A stretch of 64,000 nt of DNA from Eledone cirrhosa (Eukaryota), in the NCBI GenBank assembly GCA_964016885.1, contig OZ024743.1:196664001-196728000 (forward strand), read 5' to 3'. Both the position numbers and the translations under genes were made by a program. The notes under the pieces were generated by a model, which saw only the letters and a list, made by a program, of their open reading frames with translations, had not been told where the DNA came from and made no database searches. Below, in pieces: positions 31,695 to 44,300 of the stretch (position 1 is the first letter of the stretch; each line of letters starts with the position of its first letter).

Positions 31695-32538
31695 CTAGCT
31701 GACGTACCCAGCTTCGCCCGGGTAAACAGATGATAAGAGAAGACAAGTAAAAGAGAAAATGACTGTATTGGATGTTTGTATGAGGCGAGTCCGTGGTGTC
31801 TGTGTGATACAAAAAACAGTAAAAAAAATCTTCCAGATATACCAGATTCTTCGTTGTACCGTTTGTGCATAGTATATGAACAATTCTAGGTGCTCCCACC
31901 TAGAATAGTGACCTCTAGGATGGTTCATCTTCTGCCTGACTGTAAAACGTGTATCATTGCATAGACATGGTAGTTCCACGTTTCTCAAAAGGATGATGGA
32001 AGTTCTATATGATATATATATGATATTATATGTAGATATAGATAATTAATATAAAAGATGATGCTCAGCCAGTTCGTCTTCAACCATCGCAGCACGCCGT
32101 CGCTGCTTGGCTCCAGTGTTTCGTTGGTGTTGTTCAGCCAGCTCCTCTTAATTCATGGCGGCACGTTTTCGCCTCTGAAGTTCGGCGTTCCGATGGCGCT
32201 GTTCGGCCCGTTTTTCTTCATTCCTGGCTGCACGCCGTCGCCGCTGTAGTTCACTGTTTGATAAAGTCGAATTGCTTTTACTGTCTGTGGAACGCTGCAC
32301 GCACGCACACACACATAAACATACGCGCACGTACATACACACGCACACATGGTAATAGTTACAGCGTTCACTTTGCCTCTCTGTTTCTTACTCTCCCCTC
32401 TCACTCCCTCATTGGCATTATGCATATTAATTTATGTTTGGCGTCGTTGAGGTGGGCGGAGTCGTTTGAAACTTATGAACCAATGATAATTGAGAATTAT
32501 GACACACGGAATACTGACATTGTTGAAATTAATATATA
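31695..32538 (-). mobile_element. Internally deleted Helitron copy in tandem with the long copy
   Basis: Same 3' end (hairpin taccc..gggta plus CTAG) and 5' end as 32539-38500, with the RepHel core deleted. Confidence 0.85.
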
Positions 32539-33593
32539 CTAGCTGACGTACCCAGCTTCGCCTGGGTAAACAGATGATAAGAGAAGACAGGTAAAAGAGA
32601 AAATGACTGTATTGGATGTTTGTCTGGTTATTGTATGAGGCGAGTCCGTGGTGTCCGTGTGATACAAAAAACAGTAAAATAAAATCTTCCAGATATACCA
32701 GATTCTTTGTTTTACCGTTTGTGCATAGTATATGAACAATTCTAGGTGCTCCCACCTAGAATAGTGACCTCTGGGAGATGGTTCATCTTCTGCCTGACTG
32801 TAAAACGTGTATAATTGCATAGACGTGGTAGTTCCACGTTTCTCAAAAGGATGATGGAAGTTCCAATCTTTTATATTATATGTAGATATAGCTAGAGATA
32901 ATTAATATAAAAGATGTCCGTCAATGTAAAAATGTCCCTATTTACTTGAAATGGTTTATACAAATGCCAAATTAATATGGATATGGATAACATGCTTATC
33001 TATAAGTGGTCAGCTATAATAATAAAACAACAAATTATATGACACAAAAATTTATTCAGTAATTTCCAGGCTCTTAGCCACTGAGTAATAGACAGTCAAT
33101 GTTGCCAGACTCAGCATATGATGAGGTTTTATTACCACCGCAATCAGAAGCGATAAATTTGAAGGCAATTTCTACCAATACTTGATGGTTTTTATTGCTC
33201 ATTATCGACAATAAATGACATTGAACAGAAATGATAACTCTGTCAAAGCTCACAATACTGATCAAAGGACACCAATGTCTGAATCATTTACGTCGAATAT
33301 TCATAGCAGTGAAGGCAATTTCTACCAATACTTGTTGGTATTTATTGCGCAACATAGCAGTGAAAGCAATTTTTACCAATACTTGTTTGTTTTTATTAGT
33401 TATAACGACATTAAATGACATTGAACATAAATGATAACTCTGTCAAAGCTCACAATACTGATCAAAGGACACCAATGTCCGAATCATTTACGTCGCTTAT
33501 TGATAGCATTAATGATATGCATACATCAGCTCAAAGCTTCATTATAGACAATATTCAGGGTTGTTCCTCTGTTAGCGGTATCAATTGTAAATT

Positions 33594-34913
33594 TTATACC
33601 ATCAGGATCGCACACTCGAGATGCAGCAACATACAGTTGCCCATGGCTGATGCTGGATCATTCAAGTAGACACCGACTCGCTTGAAAGTCTGTCCCTGTG
33701 CCTTGTTGACAGTCATGGAGAAGGACAAATTGACGGGAAACTGTTTCCTTTGCCAAATGAATGGCAGCAGATCTTCACTTGGTCTCAGTATGATCCTCGG
33801 AATGAGAACCGATTCCTCGCTGCCTGGGAGTTTAGCTTCTAAAACTCTTCCGTTAATCAATCTTTCAACAATCAATCTGATACCATTGCAAAGACCCATT
33901 TTATGATTGATATTTCTAAGCAATATAATCGGCATACCTTTTTTCAACCTCAAAATATATGGGGGAAATCCGGGTATTTGAAGATACTCAGTCGGAACAT
34001 CCATATTGTTCTGCTGATTAAGCTCCATTGCATCTGCACTGACGGTCAACCATTCCTCTCCAGGAAACATTCCGGCTACTTGTAAATTTATTTCATCGAC
34101 CGTTGCATTCGTATGAGTTAGAATAACGCGTTCCGATATCCAGGAGATATTCTGCCAAAAAGCATTCAAATTAGGGAACACCCAGTCAATCAATGCTTGG
34201 CGGTCCAGTGGCATGACCAAATGGACTGGGATTCTTACAGTCTGATTATCACCAACGTGTGACAATTCATCGTTTCCCAACTGCATCAACCATCGGCCGT
34301 ATGTTTCAGCCTTTTCGTTTTGCCCGAACATACGAAGTCGCATATTATCGTGTAATCGCAAAACTCTGAAATGGCGCCACAACGGGGACTTTTTCAGACA
34401 TGCATCGACAATTTGCGCTCTTTGAGCATTCCTAACAATTGGTAGCACCTGTCTGAAATCGCCACCAAGAACGATAGTCTTACCACCGAATGGCAGGTCA
34501 CTACCGCAGATATCTCTCAAAGTTCTGTCCAATGCCTCCAGTAAATATCTGTGTGCCATTGGAGCCTCGTCCCAAATAATCAGAGACGTATTGCGTATAA
34601 GGCCCGCGAGTTCACTTTGTCCTGTAATGTTACAGACACTCAACTCATCCGGAGCCAATGGAGCCTTGAAGCATGAGTGGAAGGTCCTTCCACCACTCAG
34701 CAAAGTGGCAGCGATCCCACTGGTGGCCACAGGGAGAACAATCTTCCTCTGAGTTCTGACTGCCGATAGCATAGTGTTGAAACAGAATGTCTTTCCGGTG
34801 CTTCCTGGAGCATCTATGAAAGCACAAAGTTGCTCATTAGTGGAAATCGAGTGGAGAATGCCATCGACCAATTCTCTCTGAGATTGGGTCAACATTGGTA
34901 TACGTTCATCCAC
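33594..34913 (-). pseudogene. Helitron RepHel, PIF1-family SF1 helicase domain (frameshifted near motif VI)
   Basis: FIDAPGSTGKT, VATSGIAATLLSGGRTFHS, IIWDEAPM, GDFRQVLP, QFPV..SMTVNKAQGQT. Confidence 0.95.
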
Positions 34914-35221
34914 AATACGTTGCTGTTCCAGTGAATCAAACTGGAATAGTTACCGCCGATCGAGTGGAAACCGTCTAAGCTGCAATCTCATGTTCGATGC
35001 TAAGACACGTTGCCGCATTTCTTCATCAGGAATTGGCAAATTGAAATCTGTTAAACATTTGAAATGAACTTCAAGCAGTTGCTCAATATTGAGCAAAACA
35101 ATAGCTTTCATCAAATTTTCATCATCGACCTGAAGATGATGCCTAAAATCATCAGCCAATGGCGTTCAAATAACTCTCTTGGATCGGCAGTATTGCAGAA
35201 TCCTAGAATCGTGACAAACAA

Positions 35222-36499
35222 CTATCTTATTTGAGCTGGCATCTGTGTTGTTCCTGCAGCTTCCATGGCGTTATTCCATTCAGCGTCATCCTGAAGTAGT
35301 CCCAGATGCTGACACACAGCCTGGTATGTTTCATATTCCACGCCATTGATTGTTTTTAAATCAGCGAAGCTCTGTTTACCTCTCGAAAAATCATTATGCA
35401 ACAGAATTCGGAGATAAAACACATCACCAGATGCTGGATGGACATTACAAACCCGTCCAATAGTCATGAATCTCAATTTTTGTTTTCTATCATTCCATTT
35501 CTTTCCCTTCTTATCCCACGTATAGTGCGAAGAGAAATCGCAGTAGAGTTGCCTTTGATCCGGGTTCAAAGCATGTTCCCTATTATGCTTGAACCACTCA
35601 GTCAATTCCGTCTTAGGGGGTGGTGCGTTAGCAATTCTTTCGATATCTCTTCTAGTGTCCTGAAAACAGACCATTTGCCTATTTTCTAAGTGAACCGTCA
35701 GTTTCTGAACGCTGGGTTTACGTTCATTGAGATCAAAATCGAACAATCTCCAGTAAGCTTCGCTAGATTCAATCGAGCGAACATTCTGGAACCTGCCAAC
35801 TTCATCTCCTTGGTTCGCTTCCTCATTCCTGACATTGATCATTGCCCGATCATGACCTTTGTAAACATATTTGAATAGATATTTGCAAGCTTTCACTGAG
35901 CTACAAATTTCCACATTAATATGACAACGATATTTCATAATCAAATATGGATTGTATGGCACAACCCATTGATTTGTAACCTGTCGACCGTTTACATTTT
36001 CGACCAAACCGCCATCTGCAGGCGACCGTCTTCTGTATGAGGGATGAGCATCCCCATCGTTCCAGGAAGTGTTCGTGACAAAACATTTCGGAAATTGCTT
36101 ACTGCATTGGCCATTTTTCATGCAAGGCGCTTTCCGATTTGCCACTCTGCATTGGTTGTGCACCATTGACTTTGCCATCAAGTTGCGTAGTGCCTCATTC
36201 TCCGGCAGTTCAGCATACACAACGCTGTCGACATCCTCAGCATATCTCAATTTGCAATCTCTATGTAAAATGATCAGCAAATGTGCATGTGGCAATCCTC
36301 TTTTTTGGAATTCAATTACGTATGTAAAAGCTACTATACCTCCAAAGATTTCCTCTTTTTCCACATCATCTATTATCTTTTTCAGATATCCTTTGAATAC
36401 TCTTGCCACAGTATCAGGACGGTCCTTTGGCTGTTGTCCTGGCAAAGGTGCATCCTTAATATCAGTCCATTCAGCATTGCATGTAACCGTTATAAACAA
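35222..36499 (-). pseudogene. Helitron RepHel, HUH Rep (Y2) domain
   Basis: FITVTCNAEW, RPDTVARVF, YVIEFQKRGLPHAHLL, HINVE..KYLFKYVYKGHD. Confidence 0.95.
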
Positions 36500-36508
36500 A
36501 TCTGGCTT

Positions 36509-38027
36509 TCAAAACTTTCTGACAATAGCCATTGCATCCTGATAGCGAATGTTCATATATCTCGGGCCGCCGATGAACGACGATGGCAAAATGATGCGTC
36601 GACCAATTTGCTTGTAATTGGCATCATCGGCTGTTATCGCATCCTGTATATTATTATACAATTCAGCTCTGATATATGGCTGATGTGTAGCTATATAATT
36701 TAGCCTTTGATTTTCGATCTTTGCGAATGCCATACAACAGTATTCCTGGAACAATTTACTGGCTTGAAATAGCGCACTTCTTTGTTGATTCCTCTCGTTC
36801 AAATGGAACGCGTAAAAGTCGCGAATCGAATTATTGTCTCTTGCCGCCTCTCTGTTGATGCTGATTCTTATGATCATCTAAATGAACAGACATGTTCCAT
36901 CCATTTTCACTTTTGGGGAATAAAAGAGCATAATGCAATGGATCGTATGCCCTATTTGACTCATTGATAGTCTTGAGACCACCATCTCTGCGATTGAGGA
37001 CGATATCTCTCGATCCAGGCTTATCGTCCATCAACACAGCAGCTTCACGAAATCCTTCAGGGGCATTATATCGCCGTTCGTGTTGATTCCTTGGCACTGC
37101 GTCAGCCTTAATCACCAATGTTTGCTGCTGAACATTTTGCAGTTCAGCCACCAACATGAAATCCATAACATAAGGATTACACTGTCTAACCCATGATTGC
37201 AAATCACGGATCAAATCACTTAACCTTTGCCGTTCAAGTTCAGTTATATTTCCCGGCAACTTCATCCAACCGATCCTGATATCCTCCTCCGATTCACTAT
37301 AATCTGGATCGTTAACGTAAATTTGAGCGAAACGAGGCCTCTCTCCTGGGGTAACTTTTAAATTACCAATACAATGATACAAACGGCCTTGAATGACTAC
37401 ATTCGATTGCCATGCTCCACTCTCAAACATCTCACTAACTCTCTGCAATGCTAAAGCTAATGAATTGTTAATTTGCCGCTAATATTTGCGCAGTAATCTA
37501 CCTCGGTCTCCTTGATCACCCCACATACTTAGTATTTTAAACTCCGGTGACGTCTTTTCGTGCCTCCAAAGCAATGCTCCACAATGTGGACACTCTGCTC
37601 GTCCACCAATCTGAAAATGACACGGTTGCCATGATCCATTTTTAATATCATTCGTTTACCTTCTAGCGTCTTTACTGGAATGAGGAGCACTTTGGCGACA
37701 CATTCTCTGAACTTCTGTATTGCGCTGGCGCTGTTCAGCCAGCTCCTCTTCATCCATTGCTGCACGCCGTTGCTGCTGAATTCTGGCCATCTGCTGATGA
37801 TGCTCAGCCAGTTCGTCTTCAACCATCGCAGCACGCCGTCGCTGCTTGGCTCCAGTGTTTCGTTGGCGTTGTTCAGCCAGCTCCTCTTCATTCATGGCGG
37901 CACGTCTTCGCCTCCGATGGCGCTGTTCGACCCGTTTTTCTTCATTGCTGGCTGCACGCCGTCGCCGCTGTAGTTCACTGTTTGATAAAGTCGAATTGCT
38001 TTTATTATCAGTATTCATTTCGAGCAA
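36509..38027 (-). pseudogene. Helitron RepHel N-terminal fragments
   Basis: QGRLYHCIG..PRFAQIY, YDPLHYALLFP, ILPSSFIGGPRYM..YQDAMAIVR and N-terminal QRRRRAA repeats, split by frameshifts. Confidence 0.88.
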
Positions 38028-38490
38028 TTGTCAAAAAATGACACAATAATAAATATAAAAGATGTCCGTCAATGTAAAGAAAGGTCCCCATTTACTCCCT
38101 TCACAACTCTGTGTATGTTAGATTAACAGACAGGGACACAGACAGATAAACTGCGTTGCGATTGTGGAACGCCACACACATACACGCATGGAAACGCGCA
38201 CACGCAGGCAAACTTACACGCGTACACACACTCACACATGTTGATAGTTTTTACTTTCTGTGGAACGCTGCACGCACGCACACACACATAAACATACGCG
38301 CACGTACATACACACGCACACATGTTAATAGTTATTGAACACAGCGTTCACACTCTTCCCTCTCACTCCCTCATTGGCATTATGCATATTAATTTCAGTT
38401 TGGCGTCATTGAGGTGGGCAGAGTCGTTTGAAACCTATGAACCAATGATAATCGAGAATTATGACACACGGAATACTGACGTTCTTGAAA

Positions 38491-38539
<49 letters not shown>

Positions 38540-38542
<3 letters not shown>

Positions 38543-39308
38543 AATAGAAGTTAGAAATATCCGTCATTAGTGGTCTACTAGCCATCATAGGTATTTCTTC
38601 GCATTACAGACCATATACCTCCTGCTTGGGCGATATAATAAAGGAAGAATTAGAAATAGAAGTAAGGAATATCCGTCATTTCTAATTCTTCATTTATTAT
38701 ACATAAATGCAACAACACAGCTCGCCATTTTTCATTCATATATGCTTTCCCCTTCGCTGTGACCTGTCTTTTTCTCTTCCCTTACTCTTTCTCTCTCCCC
38801 TTCTCTCTATTTCTCCCTCTTACTGTCACTCACCCCCTCTGCTAGTCACCCTCTCTCGGCTAGCCTCTTCCTCACACTTCCACTCACTCACTCTCCGCAA
38901 CTAACCCTCTCTCTCAATTCTTCCATCGTCCCACACCCTACGAGATTCTTTTCCTCGCTCACATCCGTACGGCCAAGATGTGTCTTTACCTTCTTGTCAA
39001 TATTCGCACGTTCTTATGTTCGAAATGAATTATTGACTTGATTTTCTCAATTTTCCCTCTCTTTACGTTGCCTCACCATTCGTGTTTGTTTACATGTCTC
39101 TCTTTCTCCACCCAACTCTTTTTATCCCAATAACATATTGTATCGCACTAGCTGGAGGTGTATGGTCTGTAATGCGAAGAAATACCTATGTTGGCTAGTA
39201 GTCCACTGATGACGGATATTCCTAACTTCTATTTATTATACATAATTTATTATACATAATCATTTATTATACATAAATGCAACAACACAGCTCGCCATTT
39301 TTCATTTA
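38540..39308 (+). mobile_element. Non-coding element (period about 570) with permuted hammerhead and inverted 5' copy
   Basis: The tail atttattatacataaatgcaacaacacagctcgcc occurs at 38692 and 39262; 38540-38640 is an inverted copy of about 39135-39235; the pyrimidine-rich body is homologous to the 18008 element. Confidence 0.78.
39143..39216 (+). ncRNA. Non-circularly permuted hammerhead candidate (copy B; inverted copy B' at 38561-38633 has a CTAATGA core)
   Basis: tcgc-actagct-gg-aggtg-TA|tggtctg-taat-gcga-a-GAAA-tacct-atgtt-ggctagt-agtcca-CTGATGA-c. Confidence 0.65.
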
Positions 39309-39334
39309 TATATATATATATATATATATACCTA

Positions 39335-41215
39335 ACAGACTGTATAATAAGTAGTATGGATGTTGCGTCCCTACATCCATCCATTGACGTGGATTTTGCT
39401 GTGGGGAAATGCGTAGAAATGATCAGTGAGAGCAATGTTGAATTCCGTAGGATTGATACCAGTGGACTGGGACTCCTACTTAAACTTACCTATAGTAATG
39501 ATTATCTAGATACATATGACCTTAGCAAACTGTGCCCTACAAGACCAGCAAGAGGCAGACCACCTACCATTACCTCAATGGCCAAGAAAACCCACACAGA
39601 AAGATGAAACGGGTGGACTAAAGCCATACGGACCCCCGAAAACCACGTTGAACTAAAGAAAATGATTGCACATGCGGTGGGGGCCAGTATAAAACTAACC
39701 CTTAAGTAACATATGTTCAAATTTAATGGAAAAACATATGCCCAAGAGGAGGGAGCAGCCTTTGGTGTTAGCATTGCAGGTGACATAGCTAACCTATTCG
39801 TGGTATGGTGGGATTATAAACTTAAACTTAAACTTAAAGAACAATTAGAAGATAGCAACCTCTTAACCCTGATAATGTACTCCCGCTACGTTGATGATAT
39901 AACATCGTAGTAAAAACACCGCCCCACTAGAAAACAGTCAGGAATTAGAGAAAAACACCATGGAAAGCATCCAGCAAATAGCTAACTCCATCCACCAGAG
40001 TATTAGAGTTACTATAGACTACCCAAGCAAACACCCTAACCATACCAAAATCAACATACTGATTGCGGATTTGGTACGGGTGATGAGAAATGTGTCCCGC
40101 ATGTGCAACCCCAAAGAACTAGAGAGACACATACAACACTTCATCCACCGTATGCAGTTCTCTGGTTACAATCAGAGAGATAAAATCAGAGTATATAGAG
40201 GATCCAGAACCAAATGGGAAAAAATGGTAAATAATGATACAAATGGGACCTTCCCCTTGTATAGGAGTAAATTTTGGAATAGAATAGAAAGAACTAGGAA
40301 TAAGGTTAATAGAATAAACTCATGGTATGATAGCAATAAATACCAGAGTGTAATGTTCATCAATACAACCCCTAGAGGTGAATTAGCTTACAAATTTAGA
40401 AGGGCCCTAGATAAACATAATCTCAATATTAAGATAGTAGAAAGACCAGGTACCTCCATAAAAACACTTATTAGCAATACATACCTTTTTCAAAGACCTC
40501 CCTGTATAGATAATAAATGCATAATCTGTAAACTAAGCCCCCATATTAACTGTAAAACTAGAAATGTAGTATATAGCATAAGATGTACTGAAGGACAATG
40601 TAAAGATAAGAATATAGTGTACATAGGTGAGACAGCTCGTAGTATAGGAGAACGGTTAAATGAACACTGGCGAGAACTTCAAGATAAAAAGGAATGATCA
40701 ATACTCCACCAACATGCTAAAATAGATAAGGGCAACTTAGAGAACATAGAAATAAAAATAGAATCTACACACAGAAAAGACGCAATGTTTAGACAAATCA
40801 CAGAAGCAATAAACATTAATGAACTCCAACCAAAATTAAATAGAAAACATGAATGGAATAGCAACATCACAACTTACAATTAAGGAGAAAATGAAAACAC
40901 ACACACACATAGAACAAACAACCAACCAATAACATGTAAATAAACAAATAAATAAACAAATAAAAACACACACAGACACCCGGATGTAACACATGCGCAA
41001 ACTAAGTACACAACACACACAAAAACAAGATGGCGTAGGACAGAACAAAGGAGAGGCACAAAACAAAGAAAAGAATCCCCAGTCACCGAGGAGGTCACAG
41101 AATGTGTGACAAAAGAACTTTGACAATATATGAACAATCGTCCGGTTATGGAACCTACCAATCAACCGGAAATTTATAAATTCTTAAATTTATAATAAAT
41201 TGGAGTGAAAGCAAC
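39335..41215 (+). mobile_element. Decayed PLE with RT and C-terminal GIY-YIG endonuclease (possibly Nematis-like)
   Basis: SMDVASLHPSI, FKFNGKTYAQEEGAAFG..IANLFVVWWD, YSRYVDDI, then CKTRNVVYSIRC..YIGETARSIGERLNEH; stops and frameshifts; decayed hammerhead-like motif at about 41082-41124. Confidence 0.9.
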
Positions 41216-41351
41216 TGGTGCGTGTGTTTCTTTTTGGCAACATGTCCCTCCCAAAGCATAATATATATATATATATATATAATGCTTTGGGAGGATCATA
41301 TATATATATATATATATATAATATATATATATATTATACTTTGGGAGGGTC

Positions 41352-41377
<26 letters not shown>

Positions 41378-41383
<6 letters not shown>

Positions 41384-44300
41384 ATAAATGCTCTGAAATA
41401 GCGATATATATGTGAGTATAGACATAGAATATTCGAAAATATTCTGTATGTTTATAATAAACATTTTGAAGACCTAATCGCTATAGAATAGAATACGTCA
41501 CGTATTACAATTAGATTCTCGATAAAAGCAAGGGAAGTAATCTACGCGTTTCATTCTTGTTAGAATTCATCAGGACTACATATCCAGTGCTTTTATCGAG
41601 AATGACACAGCTAGAGACTTATAGAATACTTAGCTGTGTACTGGAACTGGTTTGAAAGAGCGGTTGCCGGTCCGGCAGAAATTAGAAATTGGAATAAATG
41701 CTCTGAAATAGCGATATATATGTGAGTATAGACATAGAATATTCGAAAATATTCTGTATGTTTATAATAAACATTTTGAAGACCTAATCGCTATAGAATA
41801 GAATACGTCACGTATTACAATTAGATTCTCGATAAAAGCAAGGGAAGTAATCTACGCGTTTCATTCTTGTTAGAATTCATCAGGACTACATATCCAGTGC
41901 TTTTATCGAGAATGACACAGCTAGAGACTTATAGAATACTTAGCTGTGTACTGGAACTGGTTTGAAAGAGCGGTTGCCGGTCCGGCAGAAATTAGAAATT
42001 GGAATAAATGCTCTGAAATAGCGATATATATGTGAGTATAGACATAGAATATTCGAAAATATTCTGTATGTTTATAATAAACATTTTGAAGACCTAATCG
42101 CTATAGAATAGAATACGTCACGTATTACAATTAGATTCTCGATAAAAGCAAGGGAAGTAATCTACGCGTTTCATTCTTGTTAGAATTCATCAGGACTACA
42201 TATCCAGTGCTTTTATCGAGAATGACACAGCTAGAGACTTATAGAATACTTAGCTGTGTACTGGAACTGGTTTGAAAGAGCGGTTGCCGGTCCGGCAGAA
42301 ATTAGAAATTGGAATAAATGCTCTGAAATAGCGATATATATGTGAGTATAGACATAGAATATTCGAAAATATTCTGTATGTTTATAATAAACATTTTGAA
42401 GACCTAATCGCTATAGAATAGAATACGTCACGTATTACAATTAGATTCTCGATAAAAGCAAGGGAAGTAATCTACGCGTTTCATTCTTGTTAGAATTCAT
42501 CAGGACTACATATCCAGTGCTTTTATCGAGAATGACACAGCTAGAGACTTATAGAATACTTAGCTGTGTACTGGAACTGGTTTGAAAGAGCGGTTGCCGG
42601 TCCGGCAGAAATTAGAAATTGGAATAAATGCTCTGAAATAGCGATATATATGTGAGTATAGACATAGAATATTCGAAAATATTCTGTATGTTTATAATAA
42701 ACATTTTGAAGACCTAATCGCTATAGAATAGAATACGTCACGTATTACAATTAGATTCTCGATAAAAGCAAGGGAAGTAATCTACGCGTTTCATTCTTGT
42801 TAGAATTCATCAGGACTACATATCCAGTGCTTTTATCGAGAATGACACAGCTAGAGACTTATAGAATACTTAGCTGTGTACTGGAACTGGTTTGAAAGAG
42901 CGGTTGCCGGTCCGGCAGAAATTAGAAATTGGAATAAATGCTCTGAAATAGCGATATATATGTGAGTATAGACATAGAATATTCGAAAATATTCTGTTTA
43001 TTATAAACATACAGAATATTTTCGAATATTCTATGTCTATACTCACATATATATCGCTATTTCAGAGCATTTATTCCAATTTCTAATTTCTGCCGGACCG
43101 GCAACCGCTCTTTCAAACCAGTTCCAGTACACAGCTAAGTATTCTATAAGTCTCTAGCTGTGTCATTCTCGATAAAAGCACTGGATATGTAGTCCTGATG
43201 AATTCTAACAAGAATGAAACGCGTAGATTACTTCCCTTGCTTTTATCGAGAATCTAATTGTAATACGTGACGTATTCTATTCTATAGCGATTAGGTCTTC
43301 AAAATGTTTATTATAAACATACAGAATATTTTCGAATATTCTATGTCTATACTCACATATATATCGCTATTTCAGAGCATTTATTCCAATTTCTAATTTC
43401 TGCCGGACCGGCAACCGCTCTTTCAAACCAGTTCCAGTACACAGCTAAGTATTCTATAAGTCTCTAGCTGTGTCATTCTCGATAAAAGCACTGGATATGT
43501 AGTCCTGATGAATTCTAACAAGAATGAAACGCGTAGATTACTTCCCTTGCTTTTATCGAGAATCTAATTGTAATACGTGACGTATTCTATTCTATAGCGA
43601 TTAGGTCTTCAAAATGTTTATTATAAACATACAGAATATTTTCGAATATTCTATGTCTATACTCACATATATATCGCTATTTCAGAGCATTTATTCCAAT
43701 TTCTAATTTCTGCCGGACCGGCAACCGCTCTTTCAAACCAGTTCCAGTACACAGCTAAGTATTCTATAAGTCTCTAGCTGTGTCATTCTCGATAAAAGCA
43801 CTGGATATGTAGTCCTGATGAATTCTAACAAGAATGAAACGCGTAGATTACTTCCCTTGCTTTTATCGAGAATCTAATTGTAATACGTGACGTATTCTAT
43901 TCTATAGCGATTAGGTCTTCAAAATGTTTATTATAAACATACAGAATATTTTCGAATATTCTATGTCTATACTCACATATATATCGCTATTTCAGAGCAT
44001 TTATTCCAATTTCTAATTTCTGCCGGACCGGCAACCGCTCTTTCAAACCAGTTCCAGTACACAGCTAAGTATTCTATAAGTCTCTAGCTGTGTCATTCTC
44101 GATAAAAGCACTGGATATGTAGTCCTGATGAATTCTAACAAGAATGAAACGCGTAGATTACTTCCCTTGCTTTTATCGAGAATCTAATTGTAATACGTGA
44201 CGTATTCTATTCTATAGCGATTAGGTCTTCAAAATGTTTATTATAAACATACAGAATATTTTCGAATATTCTATGTCTATACTCACATATATATCGCTAT

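Larger units (their letters stand above)
32539..38500 (-). mobile_element. Helitron, formerly autonomous, about 6 kb
   Basis: 3' hairpin tacccaggcgaagctgggta, short spacer and CTAG|T at 32539; fragmented RepHel ORF inside. Confidence 0.93.
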
